A DNA stretch of 64,000 nt, taken from the NCBI RefSeq assembly GCF_036588685.1, contig NC_086378.1:33790001-33854000 (forward strand), read 5' to 3'. The notes below the pieces were generated by a model, which was not told the DNA's origin, did not search any database, and saw nothing but the letters and a program-made list of their open reading frames with translations. Made by a program: the position numbers and the translations under genes. Position 1 is the first letter of the stretch; every line of letters begins with the position of its first letter. The stretch comes from Mytilus trossulus. Taxonomy: Eukaryota. Of the stretch, positions 1-14,245 are shown one piece after another.

Positions 1-270
1 TAAATATAGAATGGCGTTTAAAAATAAAATTGAAAGGAAGATGCACACATAAGAAGTTTTACCCGCAGTCAGGGGCATCTCTTTTCTTCACTGTAATACC
101 TAGAAAAAAAAATCTTTAATAGTAATAACAGTAACAGTTTTATTCATACATTCTCCCATTTATGATCTGAAGTACCTGCAGCAGATCGTTGATGGATGGC
201 AAGCACAGCTTTGACAGATGATGTTGAGTTATGAAAGACAGGTAGAAAACTGCAAGCATGTAAAATCCTG

Positions 271-297
271 TGATGTATCCAATTTCTGGATACATCA
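271..297. repeat. 11-bp perfect hairpin with 5-nt loop (type A units only)
   Basis: TGATGTATCCA-ATTTC-TGGATACATCA; type B has two substitutions in one arm. Confidence 0.85.
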
Positions 298-631
298 AAT
301 AGACAAATAGATAACCAGTATTCCTAGATATGTCTGTGAGGTTTATTTTTTCCCCAACTAAATTCCATTCCATTAAGTTGAAATGTGTATTGTCATTGAA
401 TGAAAATGTCTGTTCAGAGAAAGCAAATAATTATCTTTATAATTTTGACTGTCTAAAGTGATTTTCATTTATCATTTATTTATCATACTATTCTATCTTA
501 AAATGAAAACTTTTCAACATTTTGGAACTTTTTTTGTCTCCTTCAGTCATTTTTATTCCGATTGAAATAATAGTTTTTTCTTAAAAATTTACTGTCTGAT
601 ATGAATTATTATATTTTTCAGACCTAGAATG

Positions 632-1134
<503 letters not shown>

Positions 1135-1160
1135 ACAGCCACCCAGCTAATATCAACAAC

Positions 1161-1176
1161 GGCCCTTTTCAGGGCC
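1161..1176 (+). terminator. Histone 3' stem-loop of H4 (SLBP site); recurs in every unit
   Basis: GGCCCT-TTTC-AGGGCC, a 6-bp stem with 4-nt loop, followed by ACCAA and purine-rich CAAAAAGA (U7-pairing HDE position). Confidence 0.97.
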
Positions 1177-1332
1177 ACCAACATTTTTCAAAAAGAATCT
1201 TAGATTTGTTGTACATCGTTTTAAACAAAATCTTGAAATCAAAGCTTGCTCCCACTTCTATTCTTTTCTCTAATGTTCATGAATTTTTCAACCGTTTTTC
1301 TTGTTTTCCCTGATCCTGATCCGCAACTATTT

Positions 1333-1375
1333 TCTCTCTCTCGTTATACCCCCCCCCCCCCCCCTTTTTTTTTTT
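1333..1375 (+). repeat. (TC)5 + C15-16 + T11 simple-sequence block downstream of H4 (type A)
   Basis: Read directly; the C tract is at 1349-1364 in this copy. Confidence 0.95.
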
Positions 1376-1473
1376 AAATATCTGGCTTTCTTTTTAATTA
1401 ACTTCCTTACTCTTACTCTTGTATTTATTTGAGAATTTATATTTCTGAAGGTTTATGAATACGTTCAAAGATC

Positions 1474-1531
1474 AAGTCCGTGCATTTGCCTACATGAAGA
1501 GAGAAAATTTCAAAACAAAATGCACGGACTT
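1474..1531. repeat. 14-bp perfect inverted repeat with 30-nt spacer; recurs in every unit
   Basis: AAGTCCGTGCATTT (1474-1487) ... AAATGCACGGACTT (1518-1531). Confidence 0.9.
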
Positions 1532-1943
1532 TTACACACAAAATCTGTAGATTCTGTTATATTCAATTATAGAGGTTTTTTTTGCGTGGTTTAAGATTAG
1601 GTAATGTTCTTGTTTCCGTGTAAAATAATTCTCGCAATATTTTTTTTCTCTCGAAAAGCAAAAGAAATCGTAAATTTATCAACTCTATTAATTGGAATGA
1701 AAGCACTGTTTTGTTCTTCATGATTTATGTATTTACGCTTTGTAGTTTTGACAGACAAATTAAATGCTACAGAATGAGTGAAATACACGTATATTTGTTA
1801 TACAGATAGAAAGAAGAGAAAAGTAACCATATACTATTGAAATAGTTTGAAAGTGGTTATAGCTGGGGTTGGGATTTATAGCTTTGTTTAGAAGTTTGAC
1901 ATTGATGTACAACAAATGTAAATTCTTTTTGAAAAATGTTGGT

Positions 1944-1959
1944 GGCCCTGAAAAGGGCC
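1944..1959 (-). terminator. Histone 3' stem-loop of H2B; recurs in every unit (e.g. 41039-41054 +)
   Basis: Reverse complement reads GGCCCTTTTCAGGGCC-ACCAACATTTTTCAAAAAGA. Confidence 0.97.
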
Positions 1960-1987
1960 GTTTGTGAAGTTATAAACTTCAGACTGT

Positions 1988-2362
1988 TTACTTGCTGCTG
2001 GTGTATTTAGTGACGGCTTTGGTACCTTCACTGACAGCGTGCTTGGCCAATTCTCCGGGTAAGAGAAGACGGACAGCGGTCTGGATCTCCCGGGATGTGA
2101 TGGTAGATCTTTTGTTGTAGTGTGCCAATCGGGAAGCCTCTGCTGCGATTCTCTCGAAGATATCGTTGACGAAGCTGTTCATGATGGACATTGCCTTTGA
2201 GGACACTCCGGTGTCGGGGTGAACTTGTCTCAAGACTTTGTAGATGTAGATAGCATAGGATTCACGTCTCTTCCTCCTCCTTTTCTTATCACCGCCGGGT
2301 CTGGCAGTCTTTGCCTTGGTGACGGCCTTCTTGGCTCCTTTAGTTCCTACTTTGGGTGGCAT
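1988..2362 (-). CDS. H2B: Histone H2B (124 aa, ATG at 2362)
   Basis: [12 protein letters not shown]...[20 protein letters not shown]...TKYTSSK. The ORF track extends to an upstream TTG; the first ATG is at 2362. Confidence 0.98.
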   Translation of the reverse strand: MPPKVGTKGAKKAVTKAKTARPGGDKKRRRKRRESYAIYIYKVLRQVHPDTGVSSKAMSIMNSFVNDIFERIAAEASRLAHYNKRSTITSREIQTAVRLLLPGELAKHAVSEGTKAVTKYTSSK

Positions 2363-3016
<654 letters not shown>

Positions 3017-3049
3017 AAAGTGGATATATCGGATTACTCACTTAACAAC

Positions 3050-3065
3050 GGCCCTTTTCAGGGCC
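3050..3065 (+). terminator. Histone 3' stem-loop of H2A; recurs in every unit
   Basis: GGCCCTTTTCAGGGCC-ACCAATATTTTTCAAAAAGAG. Confidence 0.97.
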
Positions 3066-3642
3066 ACCAATATTTTTCAAAAAGAGTCTAAAATTGTTGT
3101 ACATCTTAGTAATACTTTATTCCCCATACATAATTGAAAAAAATATATTCTACTACATAACAAATAAAAAATGTCTAAAATATAAATGTCCCTTCTTCCG
3201 TGATTCTTCTTTTCTTCTCTCTCTAACGCATCCCATTTAAGTACAGTTCTTATAGCATAACACTAAGTCTAGTAACTTTTTCAGTCTTCTTCATCAGAAC
3301 ATTTATTGTCGTACTTTCTGACTCTTTGAACCCACAAGTAGCTCAGTTAAATCATATAATGTTTGTCGGGGGGAAAAAAAACCACTGATAGTATTTATAT
3401 TTAATACTAGTCTGCTCTCTTCTTTCTCTCTCTTGGTTATTGATGCGAGCATGCTTAGATTCATCTGAGAAGGTGTGTGGTTTTTTTTTATTATTATAAT
3501 TATTTATAGTTTTTGTTAACATTATCTCTTTCGTCAACACTTTTATATATGATATGTACTTTCCATTCTTTTCCTTTTTCCATTTTTTTCAGCATCTCTC
3601 TCTCTGTCTTTCTGTCTTTATTTAGTTATTGTTTGTGTATTA

Positions 3643-3738
3643 AAGATGTGGAATTGATGTAAGCACACCGACAATCAGACAATGTGACAAATGTGCCCAG
3701 CCCAAATGAAAATCATACCACATCTTCTTTTTTTATAT
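3643..3738. mobile_element. Possible relic of a short non-autonomous element (MITE-like) in the H2A-H3 spacer
   Basis: Inverted AAGATGTGG (3643-3651) / CCACATCTT (3718-3726) with an internal GACAA(A)T triplet. The right end AATCATACCACATCTTCTTTTTTTATAT resembles a dispersed mussel repeat terminus from memory (unverified). Confidence 0.35.
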
Positions 3739-4100
3739 TAAATATACATAAATATGACATAATACAACAATAAAGAAACTCAGCCGATCCGCACAATGTC
3801 ATGTCGGGAATGTGTAATTCCATTTGTTTCTGTTTTTTTATTTTTATTTCGCTTTGTTTGTGTTATAACTGCATTTTATTTTTATTTTTTCCTGTTTTTA
3901 TTTTTCGTTCCTTTCCTTAATGTTTCTGCATGTATTTTGACCTTTTTTCATTATTATTATTTTTCTTCTTCAGATTTATCATATTGAAACCGTGACACTA
4001 ATTTACTATTGTTGAGCTATGAGGGATGATCAGAAACTGTAATTATGAATGAAAAAAGGGGGCATTTTTACTGTCAGCTTGGGTTGAGCAGTTTTTCAGT

Positions 4101-4713
<613 letters not shown>

Positions 4714-4742
4714 GAAGTGTGATTTTTTCACCAAAACATAAC

Positions 4743-4758
4743 GGCCCTTTTCAGGGCC
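4743..4758 (+). terminator. Histone 3' stem-loop of H3; recurs in every unit
   Basis: GGCCCTTTTCAGGGCC-ACCAATATTTTTCAAAAAGA. Confidence 0.97.
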
Positions 4759-4835
4759 ACCAATATTTTTCAAAAAGAATCTATAAATTGTTGTACATGA
4801 AAATTAGAAACATAGCCGAACCCCTCTTTTCCCCA

Positions 4836-4851
4836 TCTCTCTCTCTCTCTC
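4836..4851 (+). repeat. (TC)7-8 microsatellite downstream of H3 (type A)
   Basis: (TC)8 in this copy, (TC)7 in later type A copies. Confidence 0.9.
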
Positions 4852-6432
4852 TTTTATTTCTTCTTGTTGAATCCATCTATATGCAAAGCAATACATAGAC
4901 AAAAAATAAATTTTATGATATATATATACACACAAGTCTCATCACAAAAAAAAGGGGGGTGTTTGTTTATCATGGTACATGTATGTCCTTGTGTGTAGAA
5001 TATTAAATAGTACATTATATAAAAAAAGATCAACATATAAATGTTTCTATCTGTACTTCTGTTCTTTTCTTTTCTTCGCTTGTTTTGTCTTGTCTTCTTT
5101 TGATGTATTATTTACACCAGTAGTCTAGACCAAAGAAAGAGAACCACCAACTGGCCAAAATATAACCTTTTTTTTTAAGTTAGAGTTTAAATATCTTGTA
5201 TAATTCATTAATTTGAATATTTCTTTTAGAAAAGCTGATATTACAGGGTACTTTTATCAAAAATTTAGAGCTCTTTTTCAGTCAGAATTGTAAAGAATTT
5301 TTTTATCATGTATGTAGTAATATATTTTGTCCACTTTAGAGTCTTGTCTTGCTGCTAGTTAACAAAATCATGAAATTTCTATTTAAATTAATATAATTTC
5401 GGTACGGGTCCAAGTAGTCCCCACAAAATTTCAATGTAGGAAGTCCATGTAAGCATATATCTTGCACTTATAAGCTTTTTTATATGATAAAAAGTGGTTT
5501 TCAGACTTATTATAAACTTTTCTGGCTAAAAGAAGTCTTCAGAATAGTAAGTACATGTGTGCGCATTAACATTTTTATTGGATTGGCTGATGAAATTGTC
5601 ATCGTCATACTGTGGATAAATATAGAATGGCGTTTAAAAATAAAATTGAAAGGAAGATGCACACATAAGAAGTTTTACCCGCAGTCAGGGGCATCTCTTT
5701 TCTTCACTGTAATACCTAGAAAAAAAAATCTTTAATAGTAATAACAGTAACAGTTTTATTCATACATTCTCCCATTTATGATCTGAAGTACCTGCAGCAG
5801 ATCGTTGATGGATGGCAAGCACAGCTTTGACAGATGATGTTGAGTTATGAAAGACAGGTAGAAAACTGCAAGCATGTAAAATCCTGTGATGTATCCAATT
5901 TCTGGATACATCAAATAGACAAATAGATAACCAGTATTCCTAGATATGTCTGTGAGGTTTATTTTTTCCCCAACTAAATTCCATTCCATTAAGTTGAAAT
6001 GTGTATTGTCATTGAATGAAAATGTCTGTTCAGAGAAAGCAAATAATTATCTTTATAATTTTGACTGTCTAAAGTGATTTTCATTTATCATTTATTTATC
6101 ATACTATTCTATCTTAAAATGAAAACTTTTCAACATTTTGGAACTTTTTTTGTCTCCTTCAGTCATTTTTATTCCGATTGAAATAATAGTTTTTTCTTAA
6201 AAATTTACTGTCTGATATGAATTATTATATTTTTCAGACCTAGAATGAAAAAGTGGATTGAAAGTGTACACAGTTTAAGGCAGTACAGAGTTACCTCCCG
6301 GAATAAAACAACGTAAGCCAATCAGACAACAGTTAACTGAAAATGTGTGATACTTCTTTTACGGCCGCGTTGGTGATATATAAAGAGTCGCTGTTAGACG
6401 GAAAGTATTATTTAACTAATCACCACAAATAG

Positions 6433-6750
<318 letters not shown>

Positions 6751-7603
6751 ACAGCCACCCAGCTAATATCAACAACGGCCCTTTTCAGGGCCACCAACAT
6801 TTTTCAAAAAGAATCTTAGATTTGTTGTACATCGTTTTAAACAAAATCTTGAAATCAAAGCTTGCTCCCACTTCTATTCTTTTCTCTAATGTTCATGAAT
6901 TTTTCAACCGTTTTTCTTGTTTTCCCTGATCCTGATCCGCAACTATTTTCTCTCTCTCGTTATACCCCCCCCCCCCCCCCTTTTTTTTTTTAAATATCTG
7001 GCTTTCTTTTTAATTAACTTCCTTACTCTTACTCTTGTATTTATTTGAGAATTTATATTTCTGAAGGTTTATGAATACGTTCAAAGATCAAGTCCGTGCA
7101 TTTGCCTACATGAAGAGAGAAAATTTCAAAACAAAATGCACGGACTTTTACACACAAAATCTGTAGATTCTGTTATATTCAATTATAGAGGTTTTTTTTG
7201 CGTGGTTTAAGATTAGGTAATGTTCTTGTTTCCGTGTAAAATAATTCTCGCAATATTTTTTTTCTCTCGAAAAGCAAAAGAAATCGTAAATTTATCAACT
7301 CTATTAATTGGAATGAAAGCACTGTTTTGTTCTTCATGATTTATGTATTTACGCTTTGTAGTTTTGACAGACAAATTAAATGCTACAGAATGAGTGAAAT
7401 ACACGTATATTTGTTATACAGATAGAAAGAAGAGAAAAGTAACCATATACTATTGAAATAGTTTGAAAGTGGTTATAGCTGGGGTTGGGATTTATAGCTT
7501 TGTTTAGAAGTTTGACATTGATGTACAACAAATGTAAATTCTTTTTGAAAAATGTTGGTGGCCCTGAAAAGGGCCGTTTGTGAAGTTATAAACTTCAGAC
7601 TGT

Positions 7604-7978
7604 TTACTTGCTGCTGGTGTATTTAGTGACGGCTTTGGTACCTTCACTGACAGCGTGCTTGGCCAATTCTCCGGGTAAGAGAAGACGGACAGCGGTCTGG
7701 ATCTCCCGGGATGTGATGGTAGATCTTTTGTTGTAGTGTGCCAATCGGGAAGCCTCTGCTGCGATTCTCTCGAAGATATCGTTGACGAAGCTGTTCATGA
7801 TGGACATTGCCTTTGAGGACACTCCGGTGTCGGGGTGAACTTGTCTCAAGACTTTGTAGATGTAGATAGCATAGGATTCACGTCTCTTCCTCCTCCTTTT
7901 CTTATCACCGCCGGGTCTGGCAGTCTTTGCCTTGGTGACGGCCTTCTTGGCTCCTTTAGTTCCTACTTTGGGTGGCAT
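7604..7978 (-). CDS. H2B: Histone H2B
   Basis: Identical protein; start set at first ATG. Confidence 0.98.
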   Translation of the reverse strand: MPPKVGTKGAKKAVTKAKTARPGGDKKRRRKRRESYAIYIYKVLRQVHPDTGVSSKAMSIMNSFVNDIFERIAAEASRLAHYNKRSTITSREIQTAVRLLLPGELAKHAVSEGTKAVTKYTSSK

Positions 7979-8248
7979 GTTACTGGTTTGATAATCAAAT
8001 AAGTAATGGTGAAAAATTATTTTCAATTTGTTTATATACTGGGCAAAACGGATTGAAAGATTTTATTAAACGCGAACCTCGGAGAGAGCACCCATAACAT
8101 GTTGAATGTTCGGTAGCCTAACTGCTCGCAGAGAGCTTCGTTCTGATTGGTGTATAATAAAAACATCGTTCAATCCGTTTAGTGGGTATATAAGCTAAAT
8201 TTTGAAGAAAAATTGTATCACTTTACTCAGTGTCGATCAACCAAATAG

Positions 8249-8632
<384 letters not shown>

Positions 8633-9813
8633 AAAGTGGATATATCGGATTACTCACTTAACAACGGCCCTTTTCAGGGCCACCAATATTTTTCAAAAAG
8701 AGTCTAAAATTGTTGTACATCTTAGTAATACTTTATTCCCCATACATAATTGAAAAAAATATATTCTACTACATAACAAATAAAAAATGTCTAAAATATA
8801 AATGTCCCTTCTTCCGTGATTCTTCTTTTCTTCTCTCTCTAACGCATCCCATTTAAGTACAGTTCTTATAGCATAACACTAAGTCTAGTAACTTTTTCAG
8901 TCTTCTTCATCAGAACATTTATTGTCGTACTTTCTGACTCTTTGAACCCACAAGTAGCTCAGTTAAATCATATAATGTTTGTCGGGGGGAAAAAAAACCA
9001 CTGATAGTATTTATATTTAATACTAGTCTGCTCTCTTCTTTCTCTCTCTTGGTTATTGATGCGAGCATGCTTAGATTCATCTGAGAAGGTGTGTGGTTTT
9101 TTTTTATTATTATAATTATTTATAGTTTTTGTTAACATTATCTCTTTCGTCAACACTTTTATATATGATATGTACTTTCCATTCTTTTCCTTTTTCCATT
9201 TTTTTCAGCATCTCTCTCTCTGTCTTTCTGTCTTTATTTAGTTATTGTTTGTGTATTAAAGATGTGGAATTGATGTAAGCACACCGACAATCAGACAATG
9301 TGACAAATGTGCCCAGCCCAAATGAAAATCATACCACATCTTCTTTTTTTATATTAAATATACATAAATATGACATAATACAACAATAAAGAAACTCAGC
9401 CGATCCGCACAATGTCATGTCGGGAATGTGTAATTCCATTTGTTTCTGTTTTTTTATTTTTATTTCGCTTTGTTTGTGTTATAACTGCATTTTATTTTTA
9501 TTTTTTCCTGTTTTTATTTTTCGTTCCTTTCCTTAATGTTTCTGCATGTATTTTGACCTTTTTTCATTATTATTATTTTTCTTCTTCAGATTTATCATAT
9601 TGAAACCGTGACACTAATTTACTATTGTTGAGCTATGAGGGATGATCAGAAACTGTAATTATGAATGAAAAAAGGGGGCATTTTTACTGTCAGCTTGGGT
9701 TGAGCAGTTTTTCAGTAAAAAATGGATTGAAAACTGTCAAAGTCCCTTACAAATCAGTCCAATCAGATTTAAGATATGCGGACCAATCAACGCCAGCTTT
9801 ATGTAAGTGGTGA

Positions 9814-10329
<516 letters not shown>

Positions 10330-12046
10330 GAAGTGTGATTTTTTCACCAAAACATAACGGCCCTTTTCAGGGCCACCAATATTTTTCAAAAAGAATCTAT
10401 AAATTGTTGTACATGAAAATTAGAAACATAGCCGAACCCCTCTTTTCCCCATCTCTCTCTCTCTCTTTTATTTCTTCTTGTTGAATCCATCTATATGCAA
10501 AGCAATACATAGACAAAAAATAAATTTTATGATATATATATACACACAAGTCTCATCACAAAAAAAAGGGGGGTGTTTGTTTATCATGGTACATGTATGT
10601 CCTTGTGTGTAGAATATTAAATAGTACATTATATAAAAAAAGATCAACATATAAATGTTTCTATCTGTACTTCTGTTCTTTTCTTTTCTTCGCTTGTTTT
10701 GTCTTGTCTTCTTTTGATGTATTATTTACACCAGTAGTCTAGACCAAAGAAAGAGAACCACCAACTGGCCAAAATATAACCTTTTTTTTTAAGTTAGAGT
10801 TTAAATATCTTGTATAATTCATTAATTTGAATATTTCTTTTAGAAAAGCTGATATTACAGGGTACTTTTATCAAAAATTTAGAGCTCTTTTTCAGTCAGA
10901 ATTGTAAAGAATTTTTTTATCATGTATGTAGTAATATATTTTGTCCACTTTAGAGTCTTGTCTTGCTGCTAGTTAACAAAATCATGAAATTTCTATTTAA
11001 ATTAATATAATTTCGGTACGGGTCCAAGTAGTCCCCACAAAATTTCAATGTAGGAAGTCCATGTAAGCATATATCTTGCACTTATAAGCTTTTTTATATG
11101 ATAAAAAGTGGTTTTCAGACTTATTATAAACTTTTCTGGCTAAAAGAAGTCTTCAGAATAGTAAGTACATGTGTGCGCATTAACATTTTTATTGGATTGG
11201 CTGATGAAATTGTCATCGTCATACTGTGGATAAATATAGAATGGCGTTTAAAAATAAAATTGAAAGGAAGATGCACACATAAGAAGTTTTACCCGCAGTC
11301 AGGGGCATCTCTTTTCTTCACTGTAATACCTAGAAAAAAAAATCTTTAATAGTAATAACAGTAACAGTTTTATTCATACATTCTCCCATTTATGATCTGA
11401 AGTACCTGCAGCAGATCGTTGATGGATGGCAAGCACAGCTTTGACAGATGATGTTGAGTTATGAAAGACAGGTAGAAAACTGCAAGCATGTAAAATCCTG
11501 TGATGTATCCAATTTCTGGATACATCAAATAGACAAATAGATAACCAGTATTCCTAGATATGTCTGTGAGGTTTATTTTTTCCCCAACTAAATTCCATTC
11601 CATTAAGTTGAAATGTGTATTGTCATTGAATGAAAATGTCTGTTCAGAGAAAGCAAATAATTATCTTTATAATTTTGACTGTCTAAAGTGATTTTCATTT
11701 ATCATTTATTTATCATACTATTCTATCTTAAAATGAAAACTTTTCAACATTTTGGAACTTTTTTTGTCTCCTTCAGTCATTTTTATTCCGATTGAAATAA
11801 TAGTTTTTTCTTAAAAATTTACTGTCTGATATGAATTATTATATTTTTCAGACCTAGAATGAAAAAGTGGATTGAAAGTGTACACAGTTTAAGGCAGTAC
11901 AGAGTTACCTCCCGGAATAAAACAACGTAAGCCAATCAGACAACAGTTAACTGAAAATGTGTGATACTTCTTTTACGGCCGCGTTGGTGATATATAAAGA
12001 GTCGCTGTTAGACGGAAAGTATTATTTAACTAATCACCACAAATAG

Positions 12047-12364
<318 letters not shown>

Positions 12365-13216
12365 ACAGCCACCCAGCTAATATCAACAACGGCCCTTTTC
12401 AGGGCCACCAACATTTTTCAAAAAGAATCTTAGATTTGTTGTACATCGTTTTAAACAAAATCTTGAAATCAAAGCTTGCTCCCACTTCTATTCTTTTCTC
12501 TAATGTTCATGAATTTTTCAACCGTTTTTCTTGTTTTCCCTGATCCTGATCCGCAACTATTTTCTCTCTCTCGTTATACCCCCCCCCCCCCCCTTTTTTT
12601 TTTTAAATATCTGGCTTTCTTTTTAATTAACTTCCTTACTCTTACTCTTGTATTTATTTGAGAATTTATATTTCTGAAGGTTTATGAATACGTTCAAAGA
12701 TCAAGTCCGTGCATTTGCCTACATGAAGAGAGAAAATTTCAAAACAAAATGCACGGACTTTTACACACAAAATCTGTAGATTCTGTTATATTCAATTATA
12801 GAGGTTTTTTTTGCGTGGTTTAAGATTAGGTAATGTTCTTGTTTCCGTGTAAAATAATTCTCGCAATATTTTTTTTCTCTCGAAAAGCAAAAGAAATCGT
12901 AAATTTATCAACTCTATTAATTGGAATGAAAGCACTGTTTTGTTCTTCATGATTTATGTATTTACGCTTTGTAGTTTTGACAGACAAATTAAATGCTACA
13001 GAATGAGTGAAATACACGTATATTTGTTATACAGATAGAAAGAAGAGAAAAGTAACCATATACTATTGAAATAGTTTGAAAGTGGTTATAGCTGGGGTTG
13101 GGATTTATAGCTTTGTTTAGAAGTTTGACATTGATGTACAACAAATGTAAATTCTTTTTGAAAAATGTTGGTGGCCCTGAAAAGGGCCGTTTGTGAAGTT
13201 ATAAACTTCAGACTGT

Positions 13217-13591
13217 TTACTTGCTGCTGGTGTATTTAGTGACGGCTTTGGTACCTTCACTGACAGCGTGCTTGGCCAATTCTCCGGGTAAGAGAAGACG
13301 GACAGCGGTCTGGATCTCCCGGGATGTGATGGTAGATCTTTTGTTGTAGTGTGCCAATCGGGAAGCCTCTGCTGCGATTCTCTCGAAGATATCGTTGACG
13401 AAGCTGTTCATGATGGACATTGCCTTTGAGGACACTCCGGTGTCGGGGTGAACTTGTCTCAAGACTTTGTAGATGTAGATAGCATAGGATTCACGTCTCT
13501 TCCTCCTCCTTTTCTTATCACCGCCGGGTCTGGCAGTCTTTGCCTTGGTGACGGCCTTCTTGGCTCCTTTAGTTCCTACTTTGGGTGGCAT
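13217..13591 (-). CDS. H2B: Histone H2B
   Basis: Identical protein; start set at first ATG. Confidence 0.98.
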   Translation of the reverse strand: MPPKVGTKGAKKAVTKAKTARPGGDKKRRRKRRESYAIYIYKVLRQVHPDTGVSSKAMSIMNSFVNDIFERIAAEASRLAHYNKRSTITSREIQTAVRLLLPGELAKHAVSEGTKAVTKYTSSK

Positions 13592-13861
13592 GTTACTGGT
13601 TTGATAATCAAATAAGTAATGGTGAAAAATTATTTTCAATTTGTTTATATACTGGGCAAAACGGATTGAAAGATTTTATTAAACGCGAACCTCGGAGAGA
13701 GCACCCATAACATGTTGAATGTTCGGTAGCCTAACTGCTCGCAGAGAGCTTCGTTCTGATTGGTGTATAATAAAAACATCGTTCAATCCGTTTAGTGGGT
13801 ATATAAGCTAAATTTTGAAGAAAAATTGTATCACTTTACTCAGTGTCGATCAACCAAATAG

Positions 13862-14245
<384 letters not shown>

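Noticed and set aside
1745-1790. U7-type Sm-site-like AATTTGTCT on the minus strand downstream of H2B
   Set aside because: No upstream complementarity to the HDE, no convincing 3' hairpin, and the motif is disrupted by a 4-nt deletion in type B.
3326-3350. tRNA/SINE-like boxes (GTAGCTCAGTT, TTGAACCC)
   Set aside because: The A-box-like and B-box-like pieces are in the wrong order or orientation, there is no cloverleaf, and the region is altered in type B.
5399-5424. Faint similarity to 5S rRNA box C (TACTTGGA...ACCG on the minus strand)
   Set aside because: Only ~8 contiguous matching bases; the flanks do not resemble 5S.
5484-5989. 83-aa (+) and 77-aa (-) convergent spacer ORFs, open in both unit types
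   Set aside because: No recognisable domain. A/B differences include several amino-acid changes (G>S, E>D, L>F, N>K, G>E), unlike the histones, and recurrence merely reflects the tandem repeat.
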